A stretch of DNA of 64,000 nucleotides from Candidatus Methylacidiphilales bacterium (GCA_040397385.1 JBBAWB010000005.1:78680-142679); one strand, 5' to 3'. Numbered from the stretch's first letter, positions 1 through 9,208 are shown. Notes: a model not told the origin generated them from the sequence alone. Numbers and translations: made by a program.

Positions 1-1358
1 ATCCAAACTGCTTTCTTCGGAAGATTGGATTGAAGCCGAATTTTACCATCGGCTATGAGGCGTTTCAGATAAAGGATCGAACTGTCGACACACTCCCTCA
101 AGTCCGTGGATATCTGTTGGGTGGGCACATTACGCAACAAGGCCCGCATCTTCTCAATTGTCCTACTTACCCTTCTTGAGTCCTCCACCATGCTACGTAG
201 CGTGCCTCGCAGACTGCTGGGTAGCTGCGGGTACGATTCGGCCTGCTGAAGGGCCAACTGACTCTTTATCAGGATTTCGCTTAGGGGTTGATTAACCTCG
301 TGAGCCACCGCAGAAGCCACCACACTGGTCTGCAGCTTTTGCTGCAACCTTTGCGCCTCTTCGCGGCCTAATCTCTTTATGCTTTCCTCAGCAACCCGCA
401 GATCCGCCTGGACCTGACGAACATCGGTCAGATCCGTGGAGAGCGCAAAAAACCCGCGGGCCATCTTAAAGCCGGTCCAGAGCATATGCTTCACACTTCT
501 GTCCTTGCACCGCATCTGAAATTCCATGGGAGGCAGGATGTCGCCAACATTCTTCAGCCTGGCGAGCTGGCCAAAAAACTTGTCGTGCATCGTTTTCCGG
601 TAAACAGGATCCGGATAGGCTCTTATCATCCAAGCCTCCACATTCGGAAGTTCTTTCTTTGTGTAGCCAAACACCCGGTGAACGGCCTGATTGGTGAAAA
701 AAACTGGGTTTTTCCCATAGTCTTTGTAGCCAAGATCTACGTGAGCAGCGGGGGTAGGCATCTTCTCAAAGATCATCCGGAATAAGGACTCGCTTTCGGC
801 CAGCTGCTGTTCAGTCCTGACCCGTTTGGTGAGATCAGTAAATGTGCTCAGAAGATAGTCGCCGAGGATTACCCCCCCAACCTCCACCACCAGCTCCCGC
901 CCATCTTTCGTCCGCACGCGGTCTTCGACGATCGGCATGACTCCTCCGTTTCGGCGGGCGCAGCGGATATCCTGCTTCCATTTGTGCATGGTTTTTTTTC
1001 GATGCTGTATGTCGGGAAACGCGCGACGAAACCAGTCGTTTAGATTCCTGGTTTCCTTCAGCTTGTATCCAAACAACTTTCTGAATGAATCTTTGATTTG
1101 AAGACAGATTTCAGGTCCACGACTTTGATGAATATCATAGATGGTCATCGGAATGGGAGACTTCTCAAAGAACCTGCGGAAAGGTTTATCGTCCCAACCT
1201 AAACCGCCTGTGGATACACGGTGGGGACCAAGCTTTCGAATTCTGGCTGGTCTACCTTTTATGCAATCACTCAATACCTTCATGTTTATGAGGCTCTTAT
1301 ATATCAAAGAATACCCACCATTAGGTATGGATAATTCGCCTTTTTCACGCATAGACAT
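1..1358 (-). CDS. PAS-domain sensor histidine kinase, N-terminal part only (the 3' end runs off the left edge)
   Basis: Absent from the ORF track because it has no stop in the window. My minus-strand translation is open from 1358 down to position 1. It gives two PAS-like segments, a coiled coil, then the HisKA phospho-acceptor block 'VAHEVNQPLSEI'. The start is ambiguous (ATG at 1358, 1352 or 1283). Confidence 0.75.
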   Translation of the reverse strand, partial: MSMREKGELSIPNGGYSLIYKSLINMKVLSDCIKGRPARIRKLGPHRVSTGGLGWDDKPFRRFFEKSPIPMTIYDIHQSRGPEICLQIKDSFRKLFGYKLKETRNLNDWFRRAFPDIQHRKKTMHKWKQDIRCARRNGGVMPIVEDRVRTKDGRELVVEVGGVILGDYLLSTFTDLTKRVRTEQQLAESESLFRMIFEKMPTPAAHVDLGYKDYGKNPVFFTNQAVHRVFGYTKKELPNVEAWMIRAYPDPVYRKTMHDKFFGQLARLKNVGDILPPMEFQMRCKDRSVKHMLWTGFKMARGFFALSTDLTDVRQVQADLRVAEESIKRLGREEAQRLQQKLQTSVVASAVAHEVNQPLSEILIKSQLALQQAESYPQLPSSLRGTLRSMVEDSRRVSRTIEKMRALLRNVPTQQISTDLRECVDSSILYLKRLIADGKIRLQSNLPKKAVW

Positions 1359-1364
1359 TTAATA

Positions 1365-1826
1365 ATGTTTGGAACTAAACCTGACCCTCAAGTACTCAAT
1401 TCCGGCGGAGTTTTCCCTGCGCCCCCATCCCCTTACTCCAAGCCTAATTATCAGGGCGGGGCCATCATCACCGATCAGGTCGAGTTAAGAGGCTCCCTCG
1501 CCTTCGACGGGAATCTTGAATTTAATGGCCTCTTTGAGGGTGAAATCGTCTCGGGTGGAACCCTCTTGATCGGCCCCAATGCCATCCTTAAGTGCGATAT
1601 TCAGGCCAATAAGGTAATCCTTCACGGCAAGATGCATGGAAACATTTCCGCCACGGAATCTGTCGAAGTCTGTAATCAGGCCCAATTTTTCGGAGATGTG
1701 CGCACCGGAAAGTTTATCGTCGCCGAAGGTGCAAGCTTCTGCGGTCTCTCTGAGTCCCTTGATGGCAAAGCCAGCTCCCCTGACTTCCTCACCACCTTCC
1801 GCCACTTGAATTCAAAATCGGCCTAA
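1365..1826 (+). CDS. bactofilin-family cytoskeletal protein (DUF583)
   Basis: 153-aa ORF. The core 'LRGSLAFDGNLEFNGLFEGEIVSGGTLLIGPNAILKCDIQANKVILHGKMHGNISATESVEVCNQAQFFGDVRTGKFIVAEGASFCG' shows the repetitive Gly/hydrophobic beta-helix pattern typical of bactofilins. The N- and C-terminal tails are Pro/Ser-rich. Confidence 0.8.
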   Translation: MFGTKPDPQVLNSGGVFPAPPSPYSKPNYQGGAIITDQVELRGSLAFDGNLEFNGLFEGEIVSGGTLLIGPNAILKCDIQANKVILHGKMHGNISATESVEVCNQAQFFGDVRTGKFIVAEGASFCGLSESLDGKASSPDFLTTFRHLNSKSA

Positions 1827-1843
1827 AGGGATCCCTCCCTCGA

Positions 1844-2095
1844 TTAGTTCTGGCCTGTCCAAAAAACGTTAGTTGAATCTGCAGAAATATCGCTCCTCTT
1901 TCGCATTTCCACATGGGCATCCACAAAACAGATATTCACTGAGGAGGATGAATCATTCACTTTCCGAGTAGGTGGATGACAGCAGTAGGGCATGAGAGTG
2001 GAATCCCTCCCCGAGCTCTCGGACAGTAGGAAGGGGCGCACTGGAATCCCAGTTCTTATCTCTAAGCAGGCGAAGGAGATTTCTTTCAGCTTCAC
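1844..2095 (-). pseudogene. possible remnant of a prepilin-like H-X9-DG (DUF1559-type) gene
   Basis: The C-terminal 'VNICFVDAHVEMRKRSDI' closely resembles 'YNICFLDGHTEWVKFNP' of the intact prepilin-like gene at 30250-30936, with DG changed to DA. There is no N-terminal FTLIELL methylation motif. It overlaps, in another frame, a 68-aa ORF (1953-2159) with a GntR-like 'PLPTVRELGEGF' segment. Confidence 0.25.
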
Positions 2096-2354
2096 GCGTT
2101 CGAAGAGCGGGGCGTTTGGGGATGTGGATACGATGGAGATGCATGTTATTTTGCAACAATATTTTATGTTGGTTTTTTATTTGTTAATCTATACTCAACA
2201 CATGTCGATGTTGGTCTTAGGAGAAGCTCCCAAATCAGAAAGGATTACTTCCATGATAGAAAAAGCAGTCAATCAAACCGATGTTGGCGCAAGGGATAGC
2301 AATCTCAAGAAAGTTTCCCTGGTTCGAGGTGACTTAACGTGAAGATAAGCCCTT

Positions 2355-2370
2355 GATGAGTCGATTCATC
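2355..2370. promoter_or_regulatory. imperfect 16-bp palindrome upstream of nagB (candidate operator)
   Basis: GATGAGTCGATTCATC has 14 of 16 positions self-complementary. It lies 64 nt upstream of the nagB ATG. No regulator can be assigned. Confidence 0.2.
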
Positions 2371-2433
2371 GCCCACTTCCCTGATAAGGTTGTCACGAAA
2401 TTACAACAACAACTGGGAGTATAAAGAAACGCC

Positions 2434-3219
2434 ATGGAAGTTATTATTTTACCGACAGCCGCAGAAGCCAGCGAAGTGGCCGCCCGATTGGTAACCCGTC
2501 AGCTCAGAGAAAAGCCCAGCTCAGTCCTAGGCCTGGCAACGGGCAGCACCCCCTGCAATTTGTATCAACTGCTAGCCCGGATGCACCGGGAGGATGGACT
2601 CGATTTTAGTAAGGCGACCACCTTCAACCTAGACGAGTACGTCAACCTCAACCCCACCCATCCGGCTTCCTACCACCAGTTCATGGAGGAGAACTTCTTC
2701 TCCCATGTGAACCTCGTGCGTAAGAATATTCACATCCCCGACGGCATGGTTGCCGATGTGCCCGCGCACTGTGCTGAATATGAAAGAGCCATTCGTAAAG
2801 CCGGCGGGATTGACCTGCAGATCCTCGGACTCGGCTCAGACGGACACCTCGGTTTCAATGAACCTGGCTCTTCGCTGGCTTCCCGCACTCGAATCAAGAC
2901 CTTAACGGAACGCACCCGCAGCGATAACGCTCGGTTTTTTACGGGTGCTCAGGAGGTTCCGCACCACGTGATCACGATGGGTCTTGGCACCATCATGGAA
3001 AGCCGGATGTGCCTGCTCCTCGCCTTTGGAAAAGCCAAGGCAGAGGCCGTGGCGGCAAGTGTCGAAGGCCCGGTGACGGCCTCGGTGCCCGGATCACTGC
3101 TCCAGTTCCATCCCCAGGTAAAGGTGCTCCTTGATGCTGAGTCGGCGTCATCACTCACTCGCGCCGAATATTACCAAGGCGTCTATCAAAACAAACCATC
3201 ATGGCAAACCGACCTTTAA
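2434..3219 (+). CDS. nagB: glucosamine-6-phosphate deaminase
   Basis: 261 aa with canonical NagB blocks: 'LGLATGSTP', 'TFNLDEY', 'GIDLQILGLGSDGHLGFNEPGSS', 'VITMGLGTI'. Confidence 0.93.
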   Translation: MEVIILPTAAEASEVAARLVTRQLREKPSSVLGLATGSTPCNLYQLLARMHREDGLDFSKATTFNLDEYVNLNPTHPASYHQFMEENFFSHVNLVRKNIHIPDGMVADVPAHCAEYERAIRKAGGIDLQILGLGSDGHLGFNEPGSSLASRTRIKTLTERTRSDNARFFTGAQEVPHHVITMGLGTIMESRMCLLLAFGKAKAEAVAASVEGPVTASVPGSLLQFHPQVKVLLDAESASSLTRAEYYQGVYQNKPSWQTDL

Positions 3220-3371
3220 CTTTGAACCGCAAGGCAATTGTTATCCCGTCTGTATCTGCCTTGAGTATGTGTGGATCGAATCGGAAGGTTGCAATCGGAC
3301 GGATAATGTTGCGAAAACCGTTCTTCTCCGCGATCTTCTTCGGTTAGGCTAGACTCGCGTTATTATCTAAT

Positions 3372-4127
3372 ATGAATCAACCGAAACCAGACTGGAAAGA
3401 ACAAGTCGCCGTGATCAGCGGCGGAGCGGACGGACTGGGTCTGGCCGTGGCCCGTCGCCTCTCCTTGCGCGGGGTTCGTCTAGTCCTGCTCGACCTCAAC
3501 GACGACGCCCTCGCCAAGGCCAAGCAGGAGCTTGGCCCGCGCACGCTGGCCCTTCGCGTGGACGTCACCGACCCGTCGGCTATGCGCAAAACTATTGATC
3601 AGGCCGCCGCCGAAACCGGTCGGTTGGATATTCTCATCAACTGCGCCGGCATCACCGGAAAAACAAATCTGAAGAGCCATGAGGTGGATCCTGCCGACTT
3701 CGACCGCGTCATGAAGGTCAACGTCAACGGCTGCCTCAACACTTTTCAGGCGGTCGTTCCCCACATGCTCAAGCGGAACTATGGCCGGGTGCTCCACTTT
3801 GCTTCGGTATCTGGCAAGGAGGGCAACGCCGGGATGCTCGCCTATTCCACTTCCAAGGCCGCCGTTATCGGTATGACCAAGGTGCAGGGCAAGGAGTACG
3901 CCCAAATGGGTATAACCGTGAATGCGCTGGCCCCGGCGGTCATCTTCACGGAGATGGTCGCGGCCCTGCCACCGGAACAGGTGAAATATATGACCGACAA
4001 GATCCCGATGGGCCGATGCGGCACCAAGGATGAAATCGCCGCCTTATGCGAATTCATCGTTTCGCCGGAAAACTCCTTCACCACTGCCTTCACCTACGAT
4101 TTGACCGGCGGACGCGCCACCTACTAA
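3372..4127 (+). CDS. short-chain dehydrogenase/reductase (candidate sugar or 2-keto-3-deoxy-sugar-acid dehydrogenase)
   Basis: 251 aa. Rossmann motif 'VISGGADGLGLAVARRL', 'NCAGI', and catalytic 'YSTSKAAV' (YxxxK). Confidence 0.9.
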   Translation: MNQPKPDWKEQVAVISGGADGLGLAVARRLSLRGVRLVLLDLNDDALAKAKQELGPRTLALRVDVTDPSAMRKTIDQAAAETGRLDILINCAGITGKTNLKSHEVDPADFDRVMKVNVNGCLNTFQAVVPHMLKRNYGRVLHFASVSGKEGNAGMLAYSTSKAAVIGMTKVQGKEYAQMGITVNALAPAVIFTEMVAALPPEQVKYMTDKIPMGRCGTKDEIAALCEFIVSPENSFTTAFTYDLTGGRATY

Positions 4128-4136
4128 GGAAAAACC

Positions 4137-4940
4137 ATGCACATCATCCGTTATCAGGACCCTCAAGAAAACATCCACTACGGCTCCCAGAATTCCCATG
4201 GTTCGGCCGTCCGCTGCACCGGCGATCTCTACGCCGGCCTGAAAGAAACCAAGGAGCCGGCCCGCATCGCCAAACTCCTGGCCCCGCTGGTCCCCTCGCA
4301 GATTCTCTGCATCGGGCTCAACTACCGCCACCATGCCGCGGAGTCGGGCATGAAGCCGCCGGAACGCCCCATCCTCTTCACTAAGGGCATCAACACGCTC
4401 CAGAACCCAGGCGATCCCATCGAGATTCCTGTCAAGGCCGCCAGCACCGAGGTCGACTACGAGTGCGAGCTTGCCGTGGTGATTGGCAAAGCGTGTAAGA
4501 ACGCCACTCCCGCAAACGCCCTTTCCCATGTGCTGGGTTATACCTGCGGAAATGATGTCTCCGCCCGCGACTGGCAGCTCAAGTGGGGCGGCGGGCAATG
4601 GTGCCGAGGAAAAACTTTCGACACCTTTTCCCCGCTGGGCCCCTGCCTCGTCACCGCCGACGAGATTCCCGACCCGCAAACCCTCGGTATTCGTACGATC
4701 CTGAACGGCGAGAAGGTTCAAGACTGGAACACGAATGATATGATCTTCAATGTGGCCGAGATCATCGCCTTCCTAAGCGGCAGCAACACCCTTCCGCCGG
4801 GCACGGTCATCCTGACCGGAACCCCGCACGGCGTCGGCATGGCCGCCAAACCGCCCCGCTGGTTAAAGGCAGGGGATCAAGTGACTATCGAGATCGACCG
4901 TATCGGCCAACTGACCAATCCCGTTGCCTTGGAGCGCTGA
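4137..4940 (+). CDS. fumarylacetoacetate hydrolase (FAH) family protein; candidate 2,4-diketo-3-deoxy-6-deoxyhexonate hydrolase
   Basis: 267 aa with FAH-family blocks 'ILCIGLNYRHHAAE', 'VDYECELAVVIGK', 'GYTCGNDVSARDWQ', 'GKTFDTFSPLGP', 'GTVILTGTPHGVG'. It starts 9 nt after the SDR stop. Confidence 0.88.
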   Translation: MHIIRYQDPQENIHYGSQNSHGSAVRCTGDLYAGLKETKEPARIAKLLAPLVPSQILCIGLNYRHHAAESGMKPPERPILFTKGINTLQNPGDPIEIPVKAASTEVDYECELAVVIGKACKNATPANALSHVLGYTCGNDVSARDWQLKWGGGQWCRGKTFDTFSPLGPCLVTADEIPDPQTLGIRTILNGEKVQDWNTNDMIFNVAEIIAFLSGSNTLPPGTVILTGTPHGVGMAAKPPRWLKAGDQVTIEIDRIGQLTNPVALER

Positions 4941-5018
4941 CCCGCCCTTTCCTTCTGCTTTCCCCGTGAACCTTGTTTTCGGCTACGGCAACTACCTTGG
5001 TGGTTGTTCGGCCGGACA

Positions 5019-5897
5019 TTAATCCATTTTATTTTTTGGTTGTTGTGGCTGATTGGAAAACGGGGCGTGGCGGAAGATACCGCCCGAATGCGGATGGGCT
5101 GCGAGCGCAGCCTCGGCTAGGCCTAGCCTTGATGTCGTGATGTAGAGGTGCCCTTCCCCAGAGAAGCAGCACGAGCTGGTGTGTGGGCAACCAGTATCCA
5201 CCCGCTGGAGGAGGAGGCCTGATTTCGGGCACCATTGGCAAACGCAGCCCGCGCCCCAGTGGGCGACCCAGAGTGTGTCGTCGCGTCCGACATCCATGCC
5301 ATCGGGAACCCCAAGGCCGTCGGGCACTCTGACCACAGTGCGCCAGTTGCGGATCGAAGAATCGGAGGAGTCGAAATCGAACGCCCAGATTTCCCGTGTC
5401 GGGGAATCGATGAAATACATCGTTTTGGAGTCGCGGGACCAACCCATGCCGTTGGAGATCGTGAGGTTGTCGAGCACGCGGGTGAGTTTGCCGCCGTCGA
5501 GCCGATAGAGTGACCCTGCGCCTTCGACGGAGCCGTCGTTCGACATCGTGCCGATCCAGAAGCGTCCGGACGGGTCTCGCTTGCCATCGTTGCAACGGTT
5601 CTCGGAGATCTCCGGCTCGACCTGGACGATTTCCCGGATGTCGCCGGTGGTCAGATCGACCGAGGCGAGACGCTTGGCAAAGGCGACGAGGTGGCGGCCA
5701 TTACCTGCGGGAACGACGACGCAAGGCAGTTCCTCGAACGGATGGCTGACGACACTGCCCCTGACGGGGTCGAAGCTGTTGATTTTGCAGCCCATCATGT
5801 CCACCCAGAGGAGGCGCTGTAGCTCGGCGTCCCAGCAGGGCCCTTCCCCGTGGGTGCTGCGGGTGTCGGCAACGAGGGTGGCGGTGGCGGTTTTCAT
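5019..5897 (-). CDS. SMP-30/gluconolactonase/LRE-like sugar lactonase
   Basis: 292 aa with 'GEGPCWD...LLWVD', 'NDGKRDPSGRFWIGTM' and 'SNGMGWS...MYFIDS', typical of the six-bladed propeller lactonases. A 12-nt gap separates it from the upstream dehydratase. Confidence 0.88.
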   Translation of the reverse strand: MKTATATLVADTRSTHGEGPCWDAELQRLLWVDMMGCKINSFDPVRGSVVSHPFEELPCVVVPAGNGRHLVAFAKRLASVDLTTGDIREIVQVEPEISENRCNDGKRDPSGRFWIGTMSNDGSVEGAGSLYRLDGGKLTRVLDNLTISNGMGWSRDSKTMYFIDSPTREIWAFDFDSSDSSIRNWRTVVRVPDGLGVPDGMDVGRDDTLWVAHWGAGCVCQWCPKSGLLLQRVDTGCPHTSSCCFSGEGHLYITTSRLGLAEAALAAHPHSGGIFRHAPFSNQPQQPKNKMD

Positions 5898-5909
5898 AAG
5901 AGTTCGGGC

Positions 5910-7088
5910 TTACCAGTCGGTGACCGCTCCGTCCGGCGTGAAACTGCGGCGCAGGATTTCCTGCTCGAACGGGTGCTTGCGCACCTCACCCTCGTTGATC
6001 TCGATGCCGAGTCCCGGCTTGTCGCTCGGGCGGACGATCTGGCCCTTCGGCTCGATGGTGAAGCCGGACCGGACGATGTCGTCGCGCCAAGGCACGTCGT
6101 TCTTGACGGATTCACAAATGAGATAGCTCGGCGTGGCGAAGCCAAACTCGAGCGAGGCCGCCGTGCTCACCGGCCCTTGCGGATTGTGCGGCGCAATGGA
6201 GACGCGATAGGCCTCGGCCAGCGCGGCGATGCGGCGCGCCTCGGTGAGCCCACCGCAATGGGTGATGTCGGGCTGGAGGATGCTGGCGGCGCGCTTTTGG
6301 AGGAGGTCGCGGAAGCCGTGGATGCCGGTGATACGTTCGCCGCTAGCAATGGGCGTGCCCACCGCGCGCTGGATGTCGGCCATGTCGTCGAGCACCTCGG
6401 GCCAGCAGACTTCCTCGAGAAAATAGAGGCCGTAGGGTTCCAGGGCGCGTGCAAACTGCATCCCCATGGCTGGTGAGGGGCGGGCGTGGCAGTCAACCAT
6501 CACGTCAATGTCCGGCCCCACAGCCTCGCGGATCGCCTCAACACAAGAGACAGCGTAATTGATTGGTCGGAGCCCCTCGATGGGCGCGGTCTCCGGAACA
6601 GCCATGCATTTGAAAGCGGTGTAGCCGTTTGCCACCGTCTCCTGCGCGAGCTCGGCGAAGCGTTTTGCATCGCCCGGCGCGGTGAGATAAAAATCCTCCA
6701 TTTTTCCTCCGCCGAGATGGCTGTAGGTCCGGATGTAGTCGCGCACCGGGCCACCCCACAGCCGATGACAGGGGACGTTGTGAACCTTGCCCATGATGTC
6801 CCAGAGCGCGAGGTCAATGCCCGCAATCGCCGTGGCGCGGACGATACCATTGCCGTGCCAGAAATGCTGGCGGAACATCATCTGCCAGAGGTGCTCCACG
6901 CGCGTGGGATCCTCGCCGATGATGAGTTGGGAAAGATCCTCGATGGCCCCGATCACTGAGCGCGTGTGCCATTCCAGCGTCGCCTCACCCCAACCGTAAA
7001 GCCCGGGCTGGTCGGTCAGGACTTTGACAAAGATCCAGTTTCGCATGCGGGCGTTGCAGATAAGCGTTTCGATTTTTGTGATTTTCAT
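5910..7088 (-). CDS. enolase-superfamily sugar-acid dehydratase (D-galactonate dehydratase-like)
   Basis: 392 aa. 'MKITKIETL...[22 protein letters not shown]' and '[14 protein letters not shown]...[10 protein letters not shown]' align by eye with E. coli DgoD along the full length. Confidence 0.9.
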   Translation of the reverse strand: MKITKIETLICNARMRNWIFVKVLTDQPGLYGWGEATLEWHTRSVIGAIEDLSQLIIGEDPTRVEHLWQMMFRQHFWHGNGIVRATAIAGIDLALWDIMGKVHNVPCHRLWGGPVRDYIRTYSHLGGGKMEDFYLTAPGDAKRFAELAQETVANGYTAFKCMAVPETAPIEGLRPINYAVSCVEAIREAVGPDIDVMVDCHARPSPAMGMQFARALEPYGLYFLEEVCWPEVLDDMADIQRAVGTPIASGERITGIHGFRDLLQKRAASILQPDITHCGGLTEARRIAALAEAYRVSIAPHNPQGPVSTAASLEFGFATPSYLICESVKNDVPWRDDIVRSGFTIEPKGQIVRPSDKPGLGIEINEGEVRKHPFEQEILRRSFTPDGAVTDW

Positions 7089-7124
7089 AGTTGGTAAGAC
7101 GCCGAATGGGCAGGTTGGGTTTTG

Positions 7125-7934
7125 CTATTTGCCTACGATGGGTTTGGACGCATAGGGCTCGCGGCTGACGAGCAGGCTGGTCATTCCGAGGTCGGCAAAA
7201 ATGTTGGCCCCCGTGATGCACGACGAATCATCGCTCAGAAGAAAAATGCAACATTTGGCGACTTCTTCGGGAGTGATCAGGCGGTTACCCGGGATGTTGG
7301 CATTCCAGTAGTCGAGGCACTCCTTTTCGCTGGGTGCAGCAGCGATGTGGTCCTTCCAGATTTCAGTTTCGCAGAGGCCGGGGGAAAGGATGTTCACCCG
7401 GATGCCGAAAGGTGCGAGCTCCACGGCGGCGGCTTTGCTGAAGCCGACCATCCCGTGCTTGGCAGCGTCGTAAGGCGCGGCCCCGGCCACCGCAGCATGG
7501 GTGTGGACACTGGCGATCTGGACGATCGAGCCAACATGCCCGGCCTTATGCATTGTGCGCGCGCAAAGTTGGGTGAGTAGAAACGAACCGGTGAGATCGA
7601 CGTCGAGCACGCGCTGCCATTCGACCAGATTAATTTCGAGGAACGGCTTCACGTAGTCAACGCCCGCGTTGTTGATCAGCCCGTCGATGCGTCCGAACCG
7701 TTTGACCGAACGTTGGACGAGGGCCTCCAATTGCGACGGATTGCTCATGTCGGTCACAACAACCTCGGCCTCACCGCCCGTGGCGGCAATGCGGGTTGCG
7801 ACGGAATCGAGTTCCGGCTTCGAGCGGGCGGCCAGAACGACTTTCGCGCCTTCGCGGGAACAGGTTTCAGCCATGGAAACACCAAGGCCCTTGCTGGCTC
7901 CGGTGATGATGATGACTTTGTTTTGTAGTTTCAT
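7125..7934 (-). CDS. short-chain dehydrogenase/reductase
   Basis: I trimmed the track ORF (7125-8045) to the ATG giving 'MKLQNKVIIITGASKGLG'. That ATG overlaps the upstream stop as ATGA (7931-7934). It has 'NNAGV' and the catalytic 'YDAAKHGM'. Confidence 0.88.
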   Translation of the reverse strand: MKLQNKVIIITGASKGLGVSMAETCSREGAKVVLAARSKPELDSVATRIAATGGEAEVVVTDMSNPSQLEALVQRSVKRFGRIDGLINNAGVDYVKPFLEINLVEWQRVLDVDLTGSFLLTQLCARTMHKAGHVGSIVQIASVHTHAAVAGAAPYDAAKHGMVGFSKAAAVELAPFGIRVNILSPGLCETEIWKDHIAAAPSEKECLDYWNANIPGNRLITPEEVAKCCIFLLSDDSSCITGANIFADLGMTSLLVSREPYASKPIVGK

Positions 7935-8887
7935 AGGGAGGAGGTGTTGATCCATTGGTTTTTCCAGTCGGAGAATTCGCAGTCCGACAAAAGCATGAGC
8001 CGCGTGGTGGCGACTTCCGTAAAGCTTTGCGGTCCGATGCCGCAACGCAGCGCAGGCGAGCGGTGTTCGAGTTCGCCGAAGCCGCCAAAACTGCCATCGT
8101 CGCAGAAGAATTGGAGCGCATCGCCCTGGGTATCGAGGGCATGGAGCGGAGAGTCGCAGTAAAACAAATCCGGATAAACCGGAAAGAAACGCTCAAGGAC
8201 CAGTTGGCCGCCCGGCACTGGCCGTGCGTAGGCGACGCGCCCGGCCGAGTGCGCGGCAGAGATGCCAAGTTTGAACATCGATGAGCAGCGGATTTGGATC
8301 TCCGTGTAAGTCGGGCACACCGAGAATTCGCTGGCGGGAGTGGGGCTGAAGTAATCGCGCGGCACCGCGTGACCGACGCTCGGAATCAGCAGGCTGCCGC
8401 CGGGGCGGATTTGGATCAGCGACCAGAAGTCCACCGGCTGGCCGGGCGTGCCATCGAGAATCTCCATGCCAGTGCAAGTGCGCAGACCAATGCCTGATCT
8501 GGGCGCGCCAAGATTCTCCACCGACAGCAATTCGACGGAGCGCGCCAAGCGGACTTTCACATTCGCGTCCCGGTGCGCCGAGTTAACGGTTATGTCCACC
8601 GAGCCCGCAAAGAATCCGTCGCGTGATTGATCGACCGTCCAGATGTCCAGGTCGAGAGCGGGCGGCACTTTGTAATGGGCGAAGTCCAGCTTGTCGAGAC
8701 TCTGCCAGTGCCAGTCGGCCTCGGGACCAATCCAGAGGCGCTCGCCCCCAAGATTCCACGAGGCGGTCCCTTCCGGTGGCGACCAGAGGGATTGGTATCC
8801 GGCGACCTCGATGCCGAGCACGCGTCCGCGTTCGGGAAGCACGCGAATGCTGCCGACTTCTGTTTTCCAATTAATGGGAGTGTCCAT
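7931..8887 (-). CDS. conserved hypothetical, possibly galactose-mutarotase-like (DUF4380-like)
   Basis: First gene of the minus-strand operon. I trimmed it to the ATG at 8887 ('MDTPINWKTEV'). The motif 'NLGGERLWIGPEADW' resembles the GG-x-R-x-W-x-x-PE block I associate with DUF4380/aldose-epimerase-like proteins. The coding call is strong; the function call is weak. Confidence 0.6.
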   Translation of the reverse strand: MDTPINWKTEVGSIRVLPERGRVLGIEVAGYQSLWSPPEGTASWNLGGERLWIGPEADWHWQSLDKLDFAHYKVPPALDLDIWTVDQSRDGFFAGSVDITVNSAHRDANVKVRLARSVELLSVENLGAPRSGIGLRTCTGMEILDGTPGQPVDFWSLIQIRPGGSLLIPSVGHAVPRDYFSPTPASEFSVCPTYTEIQIRCSSMFKLGISAAHSAGRVAYARPVPGGQLVLERFFPVYPDLFYCDSPLHALDTQGDALQFFCDDGSFGGFGELEHRSPALRCGIGPQSFTEVATTRLMLLSDCEFSDWKNQWINTSSL

Positions 8888-9166
8888 AAGTTTGATCAAA
8901 TCGTGGCAATGGATTTTATACCACAACAGAAGCCATCCATTCGTCTCCGGTGAGTCTCGTGCCGAGTGCGAGGGAAAAATACGTGGCCTCGCCGTCGGGA
9001 TCGGCGAACTCCGTAAAATACAATGGGCCTCGGGTGCAAACGCAGCGAGCAAAGTAGACCTCGGTTTGTGCCAGCCAGAGATGGCCTTAGCGCCAGATCA
9101 TTGGCGTGTGATTTACGGGACGAATGCACAATGCATCCCCCATTTCGACCAGTCATAAAACCAACT

Positions 9167-9180
9167 ACTCATACGTATGA
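9167..9180. promoter_or_regulatory. perfect 14-bp palindrome with central CG (candidate LacI-family operator)
   Basis: CTCATACGTATGAG is exactly self-complementary. It lies in the divergent intergenic region between the 8887 operon start and the lacI-family ATG at 9209. Confidence 0.35.
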
Positions 9181-9208
9181 GATTGACGTATTGAACCGTG
9201 ATTACAAG

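Noticed and set aside
486-785. A 99-aa plus-strand ORF and the 73-aa ORF at 1141-1362.
   Set aside because: Both lie antisense to, or overlap, the PAS histidine kinase frame, which is open across the whole region and carries a HisKA motif.
5029-6476. A stack of 100-200-aa ORFs in both orientations overlaps the lactonase and dehydratase genes (5029-5595, 5123-5587, 5548-6126, 5850-6476 and others).
   Set aside because: These are high-GC shadow ORFs with Arg/Ala/Pro-rich translations. The annotated frames align with known families end to end.
9023-9208. Long N-terminal extensions are given by the track's longest-ORF rule (for example LacI from 9023, SDR from 8045, 7931-9052, 10192, 14015, 31783, 49529, 51835, 55160, 62147).
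   Set aside because: In each case an internal ATG restores a family-typical N-terminus or signal peptide. It also removes overlaps with neighbours or creates a 4-nt ATGA junction. The extensions have no family support.
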